Program-made: the position numbers and the translations under genes
Source of the DNA: Nitrosopumilaceae archaeon
Lineage (GTDB): Archaea > Thermoproteota > Nitrososphaeria > Nitrososphaerales > Nitrosopumilaceae
Reading direction: 5' to 3'
NCBI GenBank assembly: GCA_050749365.1
Contig: JBOGRG010000096.1
Location: 1 to 52,926, forward strand
Length of the DNA stretch: 52,926 nt
The notes under the pieces: model-generated
Told to the model about the DNA's origin: nothing
Seen by the model: the letters and a program-made list of their open reading frames with translations, nothing else
Databases searched by the model: none
Part shown: piece after piece, positions 8,629 to 16,073 of the stretch
Layout: the number at the start of each line of letters is the position of its first letter
Position numbering within the stretch: the stretch's first letter is position 1

Positions 8629-9705
8629 TTGAGCGAACCCACACAGGAAGAAGTAGTATCTATAGTCTCTTCTGTCTTCCACATAAATGGCATCAGTCAA
8701 AATCCTGACTTGCTTCAATTTGAGATACGAGAGGAAGGATTCAAGCCAAAGTTTGTACATCTTGCACAAAAGCTAGAATCCAGAAATCTACTGGCAAGAC
8801 TTGAAAAGGCGGATGGCAAGGTATTTCTTTTGGTAACCAAGTTTAGGCCGCCCAAGCCAGGGCGAGCTTGGATACCAAGATTGCTTTTTGCAGCCACCAT
8901 AGCCATGGTAATGATTGATGGTTACTACAGAGCAGTTGGTGCAAATTTGATAGTTCAGATAGGTGATCCACTTGAGATAGCCGTTCTTTATACAATTTCC
9001 TTGATCGGAATATTGGGAATCCATGAGCTTGGTCACTTGGTAGCTGCAAGGTGGCACAAGATCAAGACAAGCTGGCCCTACTTTATCCCAGGTATACCAA
9101 TTATTGGCTTACCTACGTTTGGTGCTCTTATCATGTCGCGCAGTCTTACCATAAACAGGGACATACTGTTTGATATCGGAATTGCCGGCCCTATTGCAGG
9201 ATTGATTGTAGCAATTGTTGTATCTACATATGGGGCATATCTTTCTCCGCTAATTCCAGATACTCAAGCTCAAGATCTTTTTGCTCACTCAGAACTAGTT
9301 GAAGTACGTGAAAGCATAATCATGACATTAACACTCGTCATTGCTGGCAAGGCAGTTCCTGGAACTGAGGTTATCATGTCACCTGTCTTGTTTGCGGCAT
9401 GGCTTGGATTTCTTATTACATTTTTGAATCTTCTTCCGGCATGGCAGCTTGATGGAGGACACATAGCTCGTGCAACTTTTGGAAGAAAGTGGCACAGAAT
9501 CGCAACATATGCAAGCATCGGAGTGCTTGCAGGTCTTGGCTATACAATCATGGCACTCTTTGTTCTGATGTTTAGCATGCGAAGCCCTGATGCAAGACCG
9601 CTTGATGATGTTTCACCACTTTCAAGCAAACGAAAAAAAATGTTTGTAGCTGTGATGTGTCTTGCAGTTCTCTGTGCACCTCTGCCTTTTTCAATACTAC
9701 CTTAG
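8629..9705 (+). CDS. M50 site-2 protease family membrane metalloprotease
   Basis: 358 aa and polytopic. HELGHLVAAR (HExxH) lies in a TM helix, with a downstream NLLPAWQLDGGH motif. TTG start. Confidence 0.85.
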   Translation: MSEPTQEEVVSIVSSVFHINGISQNPDLLQFEIREEGFKPKFVHLAQKLESRNLLARLEKADGKVFLLVTKFRPPKPGRAWIPRLLFAATIAMVMIDGYYRAVGANLIVQIGDPLEIAVLYTISLIGILGIHELGHLVAARWHKIKTSWPYFIPGIPIIGLPTFGALIMSRSLTINRDILFDIGIAGPIAGLIVAIVVSTYGAYLSPLIPDTQAQDLFAHSELVEVRESIIMTLTLVIAGKAVPGTEVIMSPVLFAAWLGFLITFLNLLPAWQLDGGHIARATFGRKWHRIATYASIGVLAGLGYTIMALFVLMFSMRSPDARPLDDVSPLSSKRKKMFVAVMCLAVLCAPLPFSILP

Positions 9706-10785
9706 TAGAACATGCGAACCGTCTGCAACAACAGAAACTTTCTGTCTTGCACCCTGACTCTTTAAGATATAATCCATTGCGTGTTTTATTCCACTAAAGG
9801 GCAGCATACCAAGCTTTCCCTTTGTATAAAACTCTGGCAAGATTGATACAATTCCTATCTGGAATTTCTTTGCAGTCTCAGTGAAAAACAAAAGATCTTC
9901 CATTCCGTCCACATACCTTGCCGGCTTTTTGAGTCTGTCCAAGCTCATCCTACCCTCTATGTATTGTTGTATAGCATCTGATCCAATTCCGCCTCTACAC
10001 TCTGCTAAAAGAATTGCAAGTCCTTCTTCTCTTATTGCCTCAGTACAGTTCCAAAGCGAGGCAAGCGCCCTGCCAAGTGTCTCACCACTGCTTTCCTTTC
10101 CAGTGCTAATTATCATAGTACGATGCTTTCCTACTTCCGTTTTGGCTATTGCAACAAAAGAACTAGATATGGACGATGTCGATGATGGATGATCAACAGC
10201 CAGATTTACCACTCCAGCAGAGTTTGCTACAATCTCAATTGCAGATATCTCAAATGCATCAGTAAATTTTTGAGCAACTGCAAGATTCCCAACCTCCTCA
10301 CCTGGTGCAGGAAGATCCCCTTTTCTTTTTTCATAGGCCGCAATCATGTGTTCCTTTCCAAATTTTCTAACAAGTTTTGTGGATATAGTATTAAATCCAA
10401 ACAAACCATCAAACTCCATCTCTCCTACAAATACTAGATTAGAGTTTGAAAGTTGTGTGTCACCAAATTCAGAAATTGTCACACTTTGATCTGCAAAAAT
10501 ACTTTTCATCATATGCATGCTAGGTTTGTCCACAAGAAGTCTTGGTTTTGGAATTGATTTTTGATTACATCTTTCAAATAAAATCGTGATCACCTTTTGC
10601 ACTGCCTTTGAATAATTCAAGATAACAAGCTCTGTTGGTTTGCTAAGGTCTAACTGTTCTAGCTTGGACACAATTTCAGGATCTGTTATAGCTGTACCGC
10701 CTGGCTCTATTTTTTTGTCAAGGTTTTCTGCTCTAATATCAAGCACAACATCTGTTGGTCCATAGCTGAGCCAAATTTCTGGCAT
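9697..10785 (-). CDS. LarA-like / DUF2088-like protein (family assignment tentative)
   Basis: 362 aa. The overall layout recalls the lactate-racemase N-terminal domain, but I cannot find the catalytic His/Lys motifs by eye. Confidence 0.3.
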   Translation of the reverse strand: MPEIWLSYGPTDVVLDIRAENLDKKIEPGGTAITDPEIVSKLEQLDLSKPTELVILNYSKAVQKVITILFERCNQKSIPKPRLLVDKPSMHMMKSIFADQSVTISEFGDTQLSNSNLVFVGEMEFDGLFGFNTISTKLVRKFGKEHMIAAYEKRKGDLPAPGEEVGNLAVAQKFTDAFEISAIEIVANSAGVVNLAVDHPSSTSSISSSFVAIAKTEVGKHRTMIISTGKESSGETLGRALASLWNCTEAIREEGLAILLAECRGGIGSDAIQQYIEGRMSLDRLKKPARYVDGMEDLLFFTETAKKFQIGIVSILPEFYTKGKLGMLPFSGIKHAMDYILKSQGARQKVSVVADGSHVLLR

Positions 10786-10835
10786 AAGACTACGAATAGG
10801 ACAGTTAAAATAAATCTAGCATAGTTAATTTTGCT

Positions 10836-11444
10836 GTGGAGTTTGTTAAAGAATTTGCAACGTTTTTACACCAAAATGACGCAATAAAGTTTGGAAGTTT
10901 CAAACTTTCAAGCGGAAAGGAAAGTTCTTACTACATAGATCTGAGGATAGTGCCAAGTTTTCCACACCAGTTCAGAAAGATGATAAAGTCACTTCAAAGT
11001 TTGATATCAGAAAAGATAGGCTATGACAATTTTGATTGCATTGCTTCTGTACCCACCTCCGGACTTGTGATTGCCTCTGCCCTAGCCATTGAGATTATCA
11101 AGCCTCTTGTATACATAAGGCAAAAACCAAAGGAGCATGGAACTGAAAATGTAATTGAAGGTAAGATAGCAAAAGGAACAAGAGTCCTGCTTGTAGACGA
11201 TGTTGCTACCACTGGACTTTCGTTGCTAAATGCAATAAAAGTGCTTAGAAATGGAGGAGCTGTTGTAACAGATGCTTTTACAATAATAAACAGATTAGAG
11301 GGTGCACGTGAGCGTTTGCAGCAAGAAAATGTCAAATTGTATGAGGTTACTGACATTACCACGCTTGCGTCCATACTAAATAAAGAAAAGTTACTTGCAG
11401 ACCAAACTTTTGAGAGCGTCAAAAAACAAATAGGTCTAATCTGA
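10836..11444 (+). CDS. pyrE: Orotate phosphoribosyltransferase
   Basis: 202 aa. FGSFKLSSGKESSYYIDLR plus the PRPP loop VLLVDDVATTGLS. GTG start. Confidence 0.9.
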   Translation: MEFVKEFATFLHQNDAIKFGSFKLSSGKESSYYIDLRIVPSFPHQFRKMIKSLQSLISEKIGYDNFDCIASVPTSGLVIASALAIEIIKPLVYIRQKPKEHGTENVIEGKIAKGTRVLLVDDVATTGLSLLNAIKVLRNGGAVVTDAFTIINRLEGARERLQQENVKLYEVTDITTLASILNKEKLLADQTFESVKKQIGLI

Positions 11445-11466
11445 AGCCAAAAAAAGGCTTGCAGAG

Positions 11467-12030
11467 TTAGCTCTCGTAGATCATTAGTTCTTTTTCTTCA
11501 AGTAGTGTGTGCAAGTTGTGTACTGCCCTGTATACCTCGGATTCTTTTTTTGCACCAGTACATACGAGTTTTCCTGACGCAAAAAGTAAGATTACTGTTT
11601 TTGGATCAAGCATCCTGTGTATTAGACCAGGAAATTGTTCTGGTTCATACATACTTCTTGGTAAGTTTCTAGCTGCCTGTTCGAGATGGATCCTTCCTCC
11701 AAGGCTTGCAGATGCAACTATGTTTTGAATTACGATGACAGCGTCTTTTTTTATTTTTATTCCGCCCTTTCGAAGCTTTTGCACAACGCTTCTTACTGCC
11801 TTGATGGCCTGTTCCTCGGATTTTGCTCCGGTGCAAACCATCTTGCCAGAACTAAAAATCAGTGTTGCAGTCTTTGGTGATTTCAGTCTGAAGACCAATC
11901 CTGGAAACTGATCAGGGTGGTACTCTACATCTGGAAAAGTTTGTGTGATGACGTTGAGATCAATTCTTTGGTCAACAGATGCCGAAGCCACAACATTCTC
12001 TATACTAACGATTGGCTTTGTTTGAGGCAT
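11467..12030 (-). CDS. tbp: TATA-box binding protein
   Basis: 187 aa with two direct repeats (IENVVASASV..FPGLVFRL..LIFSSGKMVCTGAKS and IQNIVASASL..FPGLIHRM..LLFASGKLVCTGAKK). Confidence 0.95.
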   Translation of the reverse strand: MPQTKPIVSIENVVASASVDQRIDLNVITQTFPDVEYHPDQFPGLVFRLKSPKTATLIFSSGKMVCTGAKSEEQAIKAVRSVVQKLRKGGIKIKKDAVIVIQNIVASASLGGRIHLEQAARNLPRSMYEPEQFPGLIHRMLDPKTVILLFASGKLVCTGAKKESEVYRAVHNLHTLLEEKELMIYES

Positions 12031-12039
12031 GTCTTGGTT

Positions 12040-12062
12040 CTTTATATATGGGCTTTATATAT
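12040..12062 (-). promoter_or_regulatory. Tandem duplicated TATA element upstream of tbp
   Basis: The minus strand reads gagtATATATAAAGcccATATATAAAGaaccaagacATG. Identical 10-mers lie at 12053-12062 and 12040-12049. The distal copy is centred about 27 nt from the ATG. Confidence 0.5.
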
Positions 12063-12235
12063 ACTCTGTAACGTTTTGCAGCGGTACTGGTTGTGTCAAA
12101 ATTCTCAAATCATTTTTCTCTCATGTGAAAAAACTGTAATAGGCAGCTCAGACAAATGCCTTCACATCACCGTTCAGTTATAACTCTGATTCTTCATTGC
12201 AGCCCACTAAAAATCAGCAGTTGCTTATTTTAAAA

Positions 12236-12451
12236 CTAGTGGCATGGAAAGCCAGCAGCATGTCGCATGTCATGTGTTAGCTCATGAAGATAAAGGTCAT
12301 CAAAGGCCTGCTGACCTAAAACCATACTAAAAAGATGTCCCTGATCAAATCCCACTGCAAACAGTCCAAGACCTGTTATTGCTAAAAGTATTGCAACTGC
12401 CAATAACGGAACTCCCATCTTATGTGTTGCAATAAGATCCGTCTTTGGCAT
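12236..12451 (-). CDS. cbtB: CbtB-like putative cobalt transporter small subunit
   Basis: 71 aa with one TM helix. The C-terminal HELTHDMRHAAGFPCH matches my memory of the CbtB signature (HD.RH..GFPCH). Confidence 0.6.
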   Translation of the reverse strand: MPKTDLIATHKMGVPLLAVAILLAITGLGLFAVGFDQGHLFSMVLGQQAFDDLYLHELTHDMRHAAGFPCH

Positions 12452-12488
12452 CTAGATTTGTGATAAGAATTTGCTATATAAGGATTAG

Positions 12489-12716
12489 TCAACACAAGAT
12501 CCTATCAAAGTCTGGATCGCACTTTTGGTTAAAGATCTTAATTCTGTCTTGTAGATCCAAACATTGTGTATACTCCAAAGATCCTGCTTCAAAGTCTTTT
12601 AGATCAAATTCAATCTCAATCTTTTTTGGGTAGCAAGCACTTGAGATCTGTAAAAAGACAAGCCCGGATATTATTGCCAAGCCCAAGATAATCGATAATA
12701 TGACTGATTTTTTCAT
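12489..12716 (-). CDS. Small secreted Cys-containing protein
   Basis: 75 aa with a signal-peptide-like N-terminus and 4 Cys. No family recognised. Confidence 0.35.
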   Translation of the reverse strand: MKKSVILSIILGLAIISGLVFLQISSACYPKKIEIEFDLKDFEAGSLEYTQCLDLQDRIKIFNQKCDPDFDRILC

Positions 12717-12750
12717 TATCTACAATTTTATTTCCTGAATTAAAAAGAAG

Positions 12751-12824
12751 TGGGCCCAAAGGGCTTCGATCCCTTGGCTCACCGGTTATGAGCCGGTTAC
12801 TCTACCAAGCTGAGTTATGGGCCC
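12751..12824 (-). tRNA. tRNA-Met (CAU), elongator type
   Basis: The reverse complement is GGGCCCA TA ACTC AGCTTGGTA GAGT A ACCGG CTCATAA CCGGT .. TGGGCCC A. It has G1-C72 and no GGG/CCC anticodon stem, so it is not an initiator. Confidence 0.9.
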
Positions 12825-12866
12825 CACGAAAAACAGGTTTGCACGCAGTATAAAATGTTATAGAGT

Positions 12867-13505
12867 TTAGCAGTAAGCTTCGTAGCAACTGTCAAGCAAC
12901 ATGTTTTGTGCAGAAATAGATCTGCTTGCAATTTGGAACAATTCCTCTTCTCTTTCAGGTGGAACTTTTTCAAGGATTCTTCTCCAGACGGCGGCATGTC
13001 TTATATCAGCCTCTGTATGAAGTCTAAAGTATTCTATTGCGTCATCACTAGTCATCCCATAGAATTTTTGTAACCCCTCTATTTTGGAAAGGCTGATCTT
13101 TGGGATCTCCTTCTCAAGTGCATACATGGCAGCTGCACCTTCCTCAAAAGAACTCATCAATCCTCCAAGGTGTGATACTGCCTGCCTTGTCTTTTCAAGG
13201 CCATAGTATCCTTCCAGTTCTGTCTGTGAGACGCCTAGTGCACCGGCAAATTTCATCCACGGTTTGATGTGCTCTGCTTCTTCTTTCTGGTTTGAGGCAA
13301 TCTCGCTTTTAGCAGCATATGGACTGTGTTCCATCACTACACCCACAAAAGATGGAATCGCCTTGACTAGCTGAAAATATTCTTTTGAGTAGCCACTAAG
13401 AGAATCAAGAGTTAACTTTCCTTCGGTCCACATCACATAGAATTGATGTTTTAGCAAACTTTGTTTCTCAATTAATTCATCAATTCTTTTGATAAGCGTA
13501 TTCAT
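12867..13505 (-). CDS. CADD/CT610-like heme-oxygenase-fold di-iron protein (TenA/PqqC superfamily)
   Basis: 212 aa. LLKHQFYVMWTEGKLT, KEYFQLVKAIP, EEAEHIKPWMKFAGALGV, MYALEKEIPKIS and YFRLHTEADIRHA parallel the Chlamydia CT610 sequence as I remember it. Confidence 0.65.
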   Translation of the reverse strand: MNTLIKRIDELIEKQSLLKHQFYVMWTEGKLTLDSLSGYSKEYFQLVKAIPSFVGVVMEHSPYAAKSEIASNQKEEAEHIKPWMKFAGALGVSQTELEGYYGLEKTRQAVSHLGGLMSSFEEGAAAMYALEKEIPKISLSKIEGLQKFYGMTSDDAIEYFRLHTEADIRHAAVWRRILEKVPPEREEELFQIASRSISAQNMLLDSCYEAYC

Positions 13506-13589
13506 GCGATTTATAAAATCCCGCCAATAAAAAAATCTTTTGAATCACTTCAAAAGGATTTTATGGACAGAAAACAGGATGCAGTTCGG

Positions 13590-13681
13590 GCTCCAGTGGT
13601 GTAGACCGGTCAAGCATATCGGCCTTTCAAGCCGGGGATCCCGGGTTCAAATTCTATATGATGAAAATCCCGGCTGGAGCA
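13590..13681 (+). tRNA. tRNA-Glu (UUC) with a 16-nt insertion in the T-loop (about 13653-13668)
   Basis: GCTCCAG TG GTGT AGACCGGTCAA GCAT A TCGGC CTTTCAA GCCGG GGAT CCGGG TTCAAAT [TCTATATGATGAAAAT] CCCGG CTGGAGC A. The acceptor and T stems only close if the bracketed segment is removed. Confidence 0.8.
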
Positions 13682-13732
13682 CTACAAAAGCATTAATAAT
13701 ATAACGCGTGGTAAGCTTTACAGTGCAAATTT

Positions 13733-14584
13733 GTGGATAGAAAAAATTTCGAGATAAATCCTCTAATAAAAGAGTACAAACAGTATCTTGATAAAATAAA
13801 TACAGCACTAAAATGCGAGCTTGAGCTTTATTCTGCATCAGAGTTTGTTGAACCTTTAGAATATGCTTTAGATGGTGGAAAGAGAATAAGACCACTAATT
13901 CTGTTGTTGTCTGCAGAGAGTGTTGGAAACTGTGACGAAAATGCATATTCTGCAGCTTGTGCAGTTGAATTATTACACACACAATCAGTAATACATGACG
14001 ATATCATAGACAACGAAACCCTAAGGAGAAGAAAGGATCCGTTTCACATCAAATACGGATATAACACAAGTATTTTAACGGCAGACTTTGTGCTAGGTTT
14101 AATTCTAAACACATCATCAAGACTTGACAATCCAAGAATTGCAGCAGAGCTTGCTTCTACCGCTATGATGATGAGCGATGGAGAGATGATCGAGACTAGA
14201 CTAGAGTCAAGCGAGGACGTGACCTTTGATGATTATCTCAAAGTAATAGAGTACAAGACAGCCACGGCCTTTGAAGCCGCATCAAAGATTGGTGCAATAC
14301 TTGGAGGCGGAAGTGAGGATCAAATAATGGCACTTGCAGAATATGGAAAGAATATGGGAATTGCATATCAGATTCATGACGACTTGCAGGACTGGAACAA
14401 TGAAGACAAGTTATTCAATGTATTAATAAAAAAGAGTTCAGATCCTCGTGATATCTTCAACCACATGGATTATTTGCTAAAGGACTATTCTATAAAATCA
14501 AAATCAGGTCTTAGAAAGATAAAGGAAAGTCAGGCTAAGGCGCATCTTGAGAATCTCTTAGACCTCACAATGTTTAAGGCGTAA
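13733..14584 (+). CDS. Polyprenyl (geranylgeranyl) diphosphate synthase
   Basis: 283 aa. The first Asp-rich motif is HDDIIDNETLRRRK and the second is HDDLQD. GTG start. Confidence 0.85.
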   Translation: MDRKNFEINPLIKEYKQYLDKINTALKCELELYSASEFVEPLEYALDGGKRIRPLILLLSAESVGNCDENAYSAACAVELLHTQSVIHDDIIDNETLRRRKDPFHIKYGYNTSILTADFVLGLILNTSSRLDNPRIAAELASTAMMMSDGEMIETRLESSEDVTFDDYLKVIEYKTATAFEAASKIGAILGGGSEDQIMALAEYGKNMGIAYQIHDDLQDWNNEDKLFNVLIKKSSDPRDIFNHMDYLLKDYSIKSKSGLRKIKESQAKAHLENLLDLTMFKA

Positions 14585-16064
14585 CGGAAAGCGCTGCAAT
14601 ATTTGGAATAGCGGACTCTGCAAATCTGATTATTGGATCAGGATAGACACCGATTCCTACCATGAATATTATTGAGAATATCATTACGCCTATTATGGAC
14701 TTGGGTTCCTTTACTCTCTTGTCAGACTCTCCTTCCTCAAAGTACATCTTACGTATTATCCAACCGTAGTAAGCAAGCGAGAGAGCGCTGTTTAAAACTC
14801 CGGCCACCGCAAGGTACGGAGCCCATGACATGACAGGACCTGCATCTATTGCAGCTCCAAACAGCATCAGCTTACTCCAAAAGCCGTTTAGCGGTGGAAC
14901 TCCCGCCAGTGCAAGAAGCGACACCACCAATCCAAGTGATGTGATTGGCATCCGCTTTCCAAGACCGCGTATCTTGTCAAGATGCGAGACTGCCAAAGTT
15001 GAAATTATTCCAGCTGCTGCTATGAAAGCTGCTCCTTTCATTACTGCATGGTTTAGTATGTGAAAGAGAGAGGCCTGGATTCCTATTTGTGAAAATGGTG
15101 CAATGCTCAAACCAATCAAAATGTATCCTGCATGACCAATGCTTGAATATGCAAGCATCCTTGTGAGGTTCTTTTGCATTATTGCGGCCAAGTTTCCAAC
15201 AGTCATTGTCATTACAGCAATTATTCCAAGTGCAAACGTCCACTCCATGTTAAGTGCTACTGTTCCCATCACGATCACACGCAAGGCTGCAGCAAATCCT
15301 GCCTTCTTTGTTCCAGCAGCTAAAAGTGCAGAGATTGGTGTTGGTGCACCCTCATATGCATCTGGAAGCCACATGTGAAATGGTACAAGACCCATCTTGA
15401 ATCCAAAGCCTGCAATGAACATGCCAACAGCAAGAAGGGCAACTGGCATCATATCTGGTGAAATATTTGAGAATGCCGAGATTACTTGAGCAATGTTTGT
15501 CGAACCAGTAAGACCATATGCAATTGAGATGCCATAGATTATGATTGCAGATGACAAGGCACCAAACAAAAAGTACTTGAGTGCAGCCTCGTTTGATGAT
15601 GGATCCTTTTTCATAAATCCCGCAAGAACATAGGTTGGAATGCTCATCAGCTCCCACGCAACCAAAAGCATTACCAAGTCTGTCGAGTATGCAATAAGCA
15701 CCATTCCAATGCTTGCAAGAAGAATCAGAGAATAGTATACAGCTGGATGAGATTTGCCTCGCATGTAGTTAAACGAACCAGCAGTTGTTATGATAGCAAC
15801 AATTAGCATGGCTATTGCAAAAAACGAGCCAAACATGTCATCGACTAGAACGTTTTCTGAAAAGATTGCAGCTGGCATGACATTTTCTGAGAGGATTTGG
15901 TATCCAACAAATCCAAGAGCTGCAATTAATGTACCAAATGTTATGGCACCATAAAACGAAGACGAGCCTTGTTCTTTTCTTATGACGTTAATGACAGGGA
16001 GTATTACTCCTACTGTTCCCAGTATTACAGTTAAGATGATTGGAGTGGAAGTAAAGTCTATCAT
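14574..16064 (-). CDS. nuoN: NADH-quinone oxidoreductase (complex I-like) subunit N
   Basis: 496-aa antiporter-like polytopic protein and the last gene of the nuo cluster. Confidence 0.85.
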   Translation of the reverse strand: MIDFTSTPIILTVILGTVGVILPVINVIRKEQGSSSFYGAITFGTLIAALGFVGYQILSENVMPAAIFSENVLVDDMFGSFFAIAMLIVAIITTAGSFNYMRGKSHPAVYYSLILLASIGMVLIAYSTDLVMLLVAWELMSIPTYVLAGFMKKDPSSNEAALKYFLFGALSSAIIIYGISIAYGLTGSTNIAQVISAFSNISPDMMPVALLAVGMFIAGFGFKMGLVPFHMWLPDAYEGAPTPISALLAAGTKKAGFAAALRVIVMGTVALNMEWTFALGIIAVMTMTVGNLAAIMQKNLTRMLAYSSIGHAGYILIGLSIAPFSQIGIQASLFHILNHAVMKGAAFIAAAGIISTLAVSHLDKIRGLGKRMPITSLGLVVSLLALAGVPPLNGFWSKLMLFGAAIDAGPVMSWAPYLAVAGVLNSALSLAYYGWIIRKMYFEEGESDKRVKEPKSIIGVMIFSIIFMVGIGVYPDPIIRFAESAIPNIAALSVTP

Positions 16065-16073
16065 GTTTTTCTC

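Noticed and set aside
12090-12170. Possible C/D-box sRNA on the minus strand (GTGATGT .. 12 nt .. CTGA)
   Set aside because: Only an imperfect C box and one CTGA are present. No C'/D pair or terminal stem occurs at the right spacing.
13534-13560. Imperfect inverted repeat AATCTTTTGAA-tcac-TTCAAAAGGATT between the CADD-like gene and tRNA-Glu
   Set aside because: It is AT-rich with one mismatch, and it overlaps the expected promoter A/T boxes of both genes. This is not distinguishable from chance in this base composition.
13653-13668. ATGATGA (C-box-like) inside the tRNA-Glu insertion, as a hint of an intron-encoded C/D sRNA
   Set aside because: The insert is only 16 nt, with no D box and no room for guide sequences. 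This is a coincidental match.
13647-13982. 111-aa minus-strand ORF overlapping the tRNA-Glu 3' end and the polyprenyl synthase start
   Set aside because: It overlaps a well-supported tRNA and a well-supported CDS, and its translation has no recognisable features.
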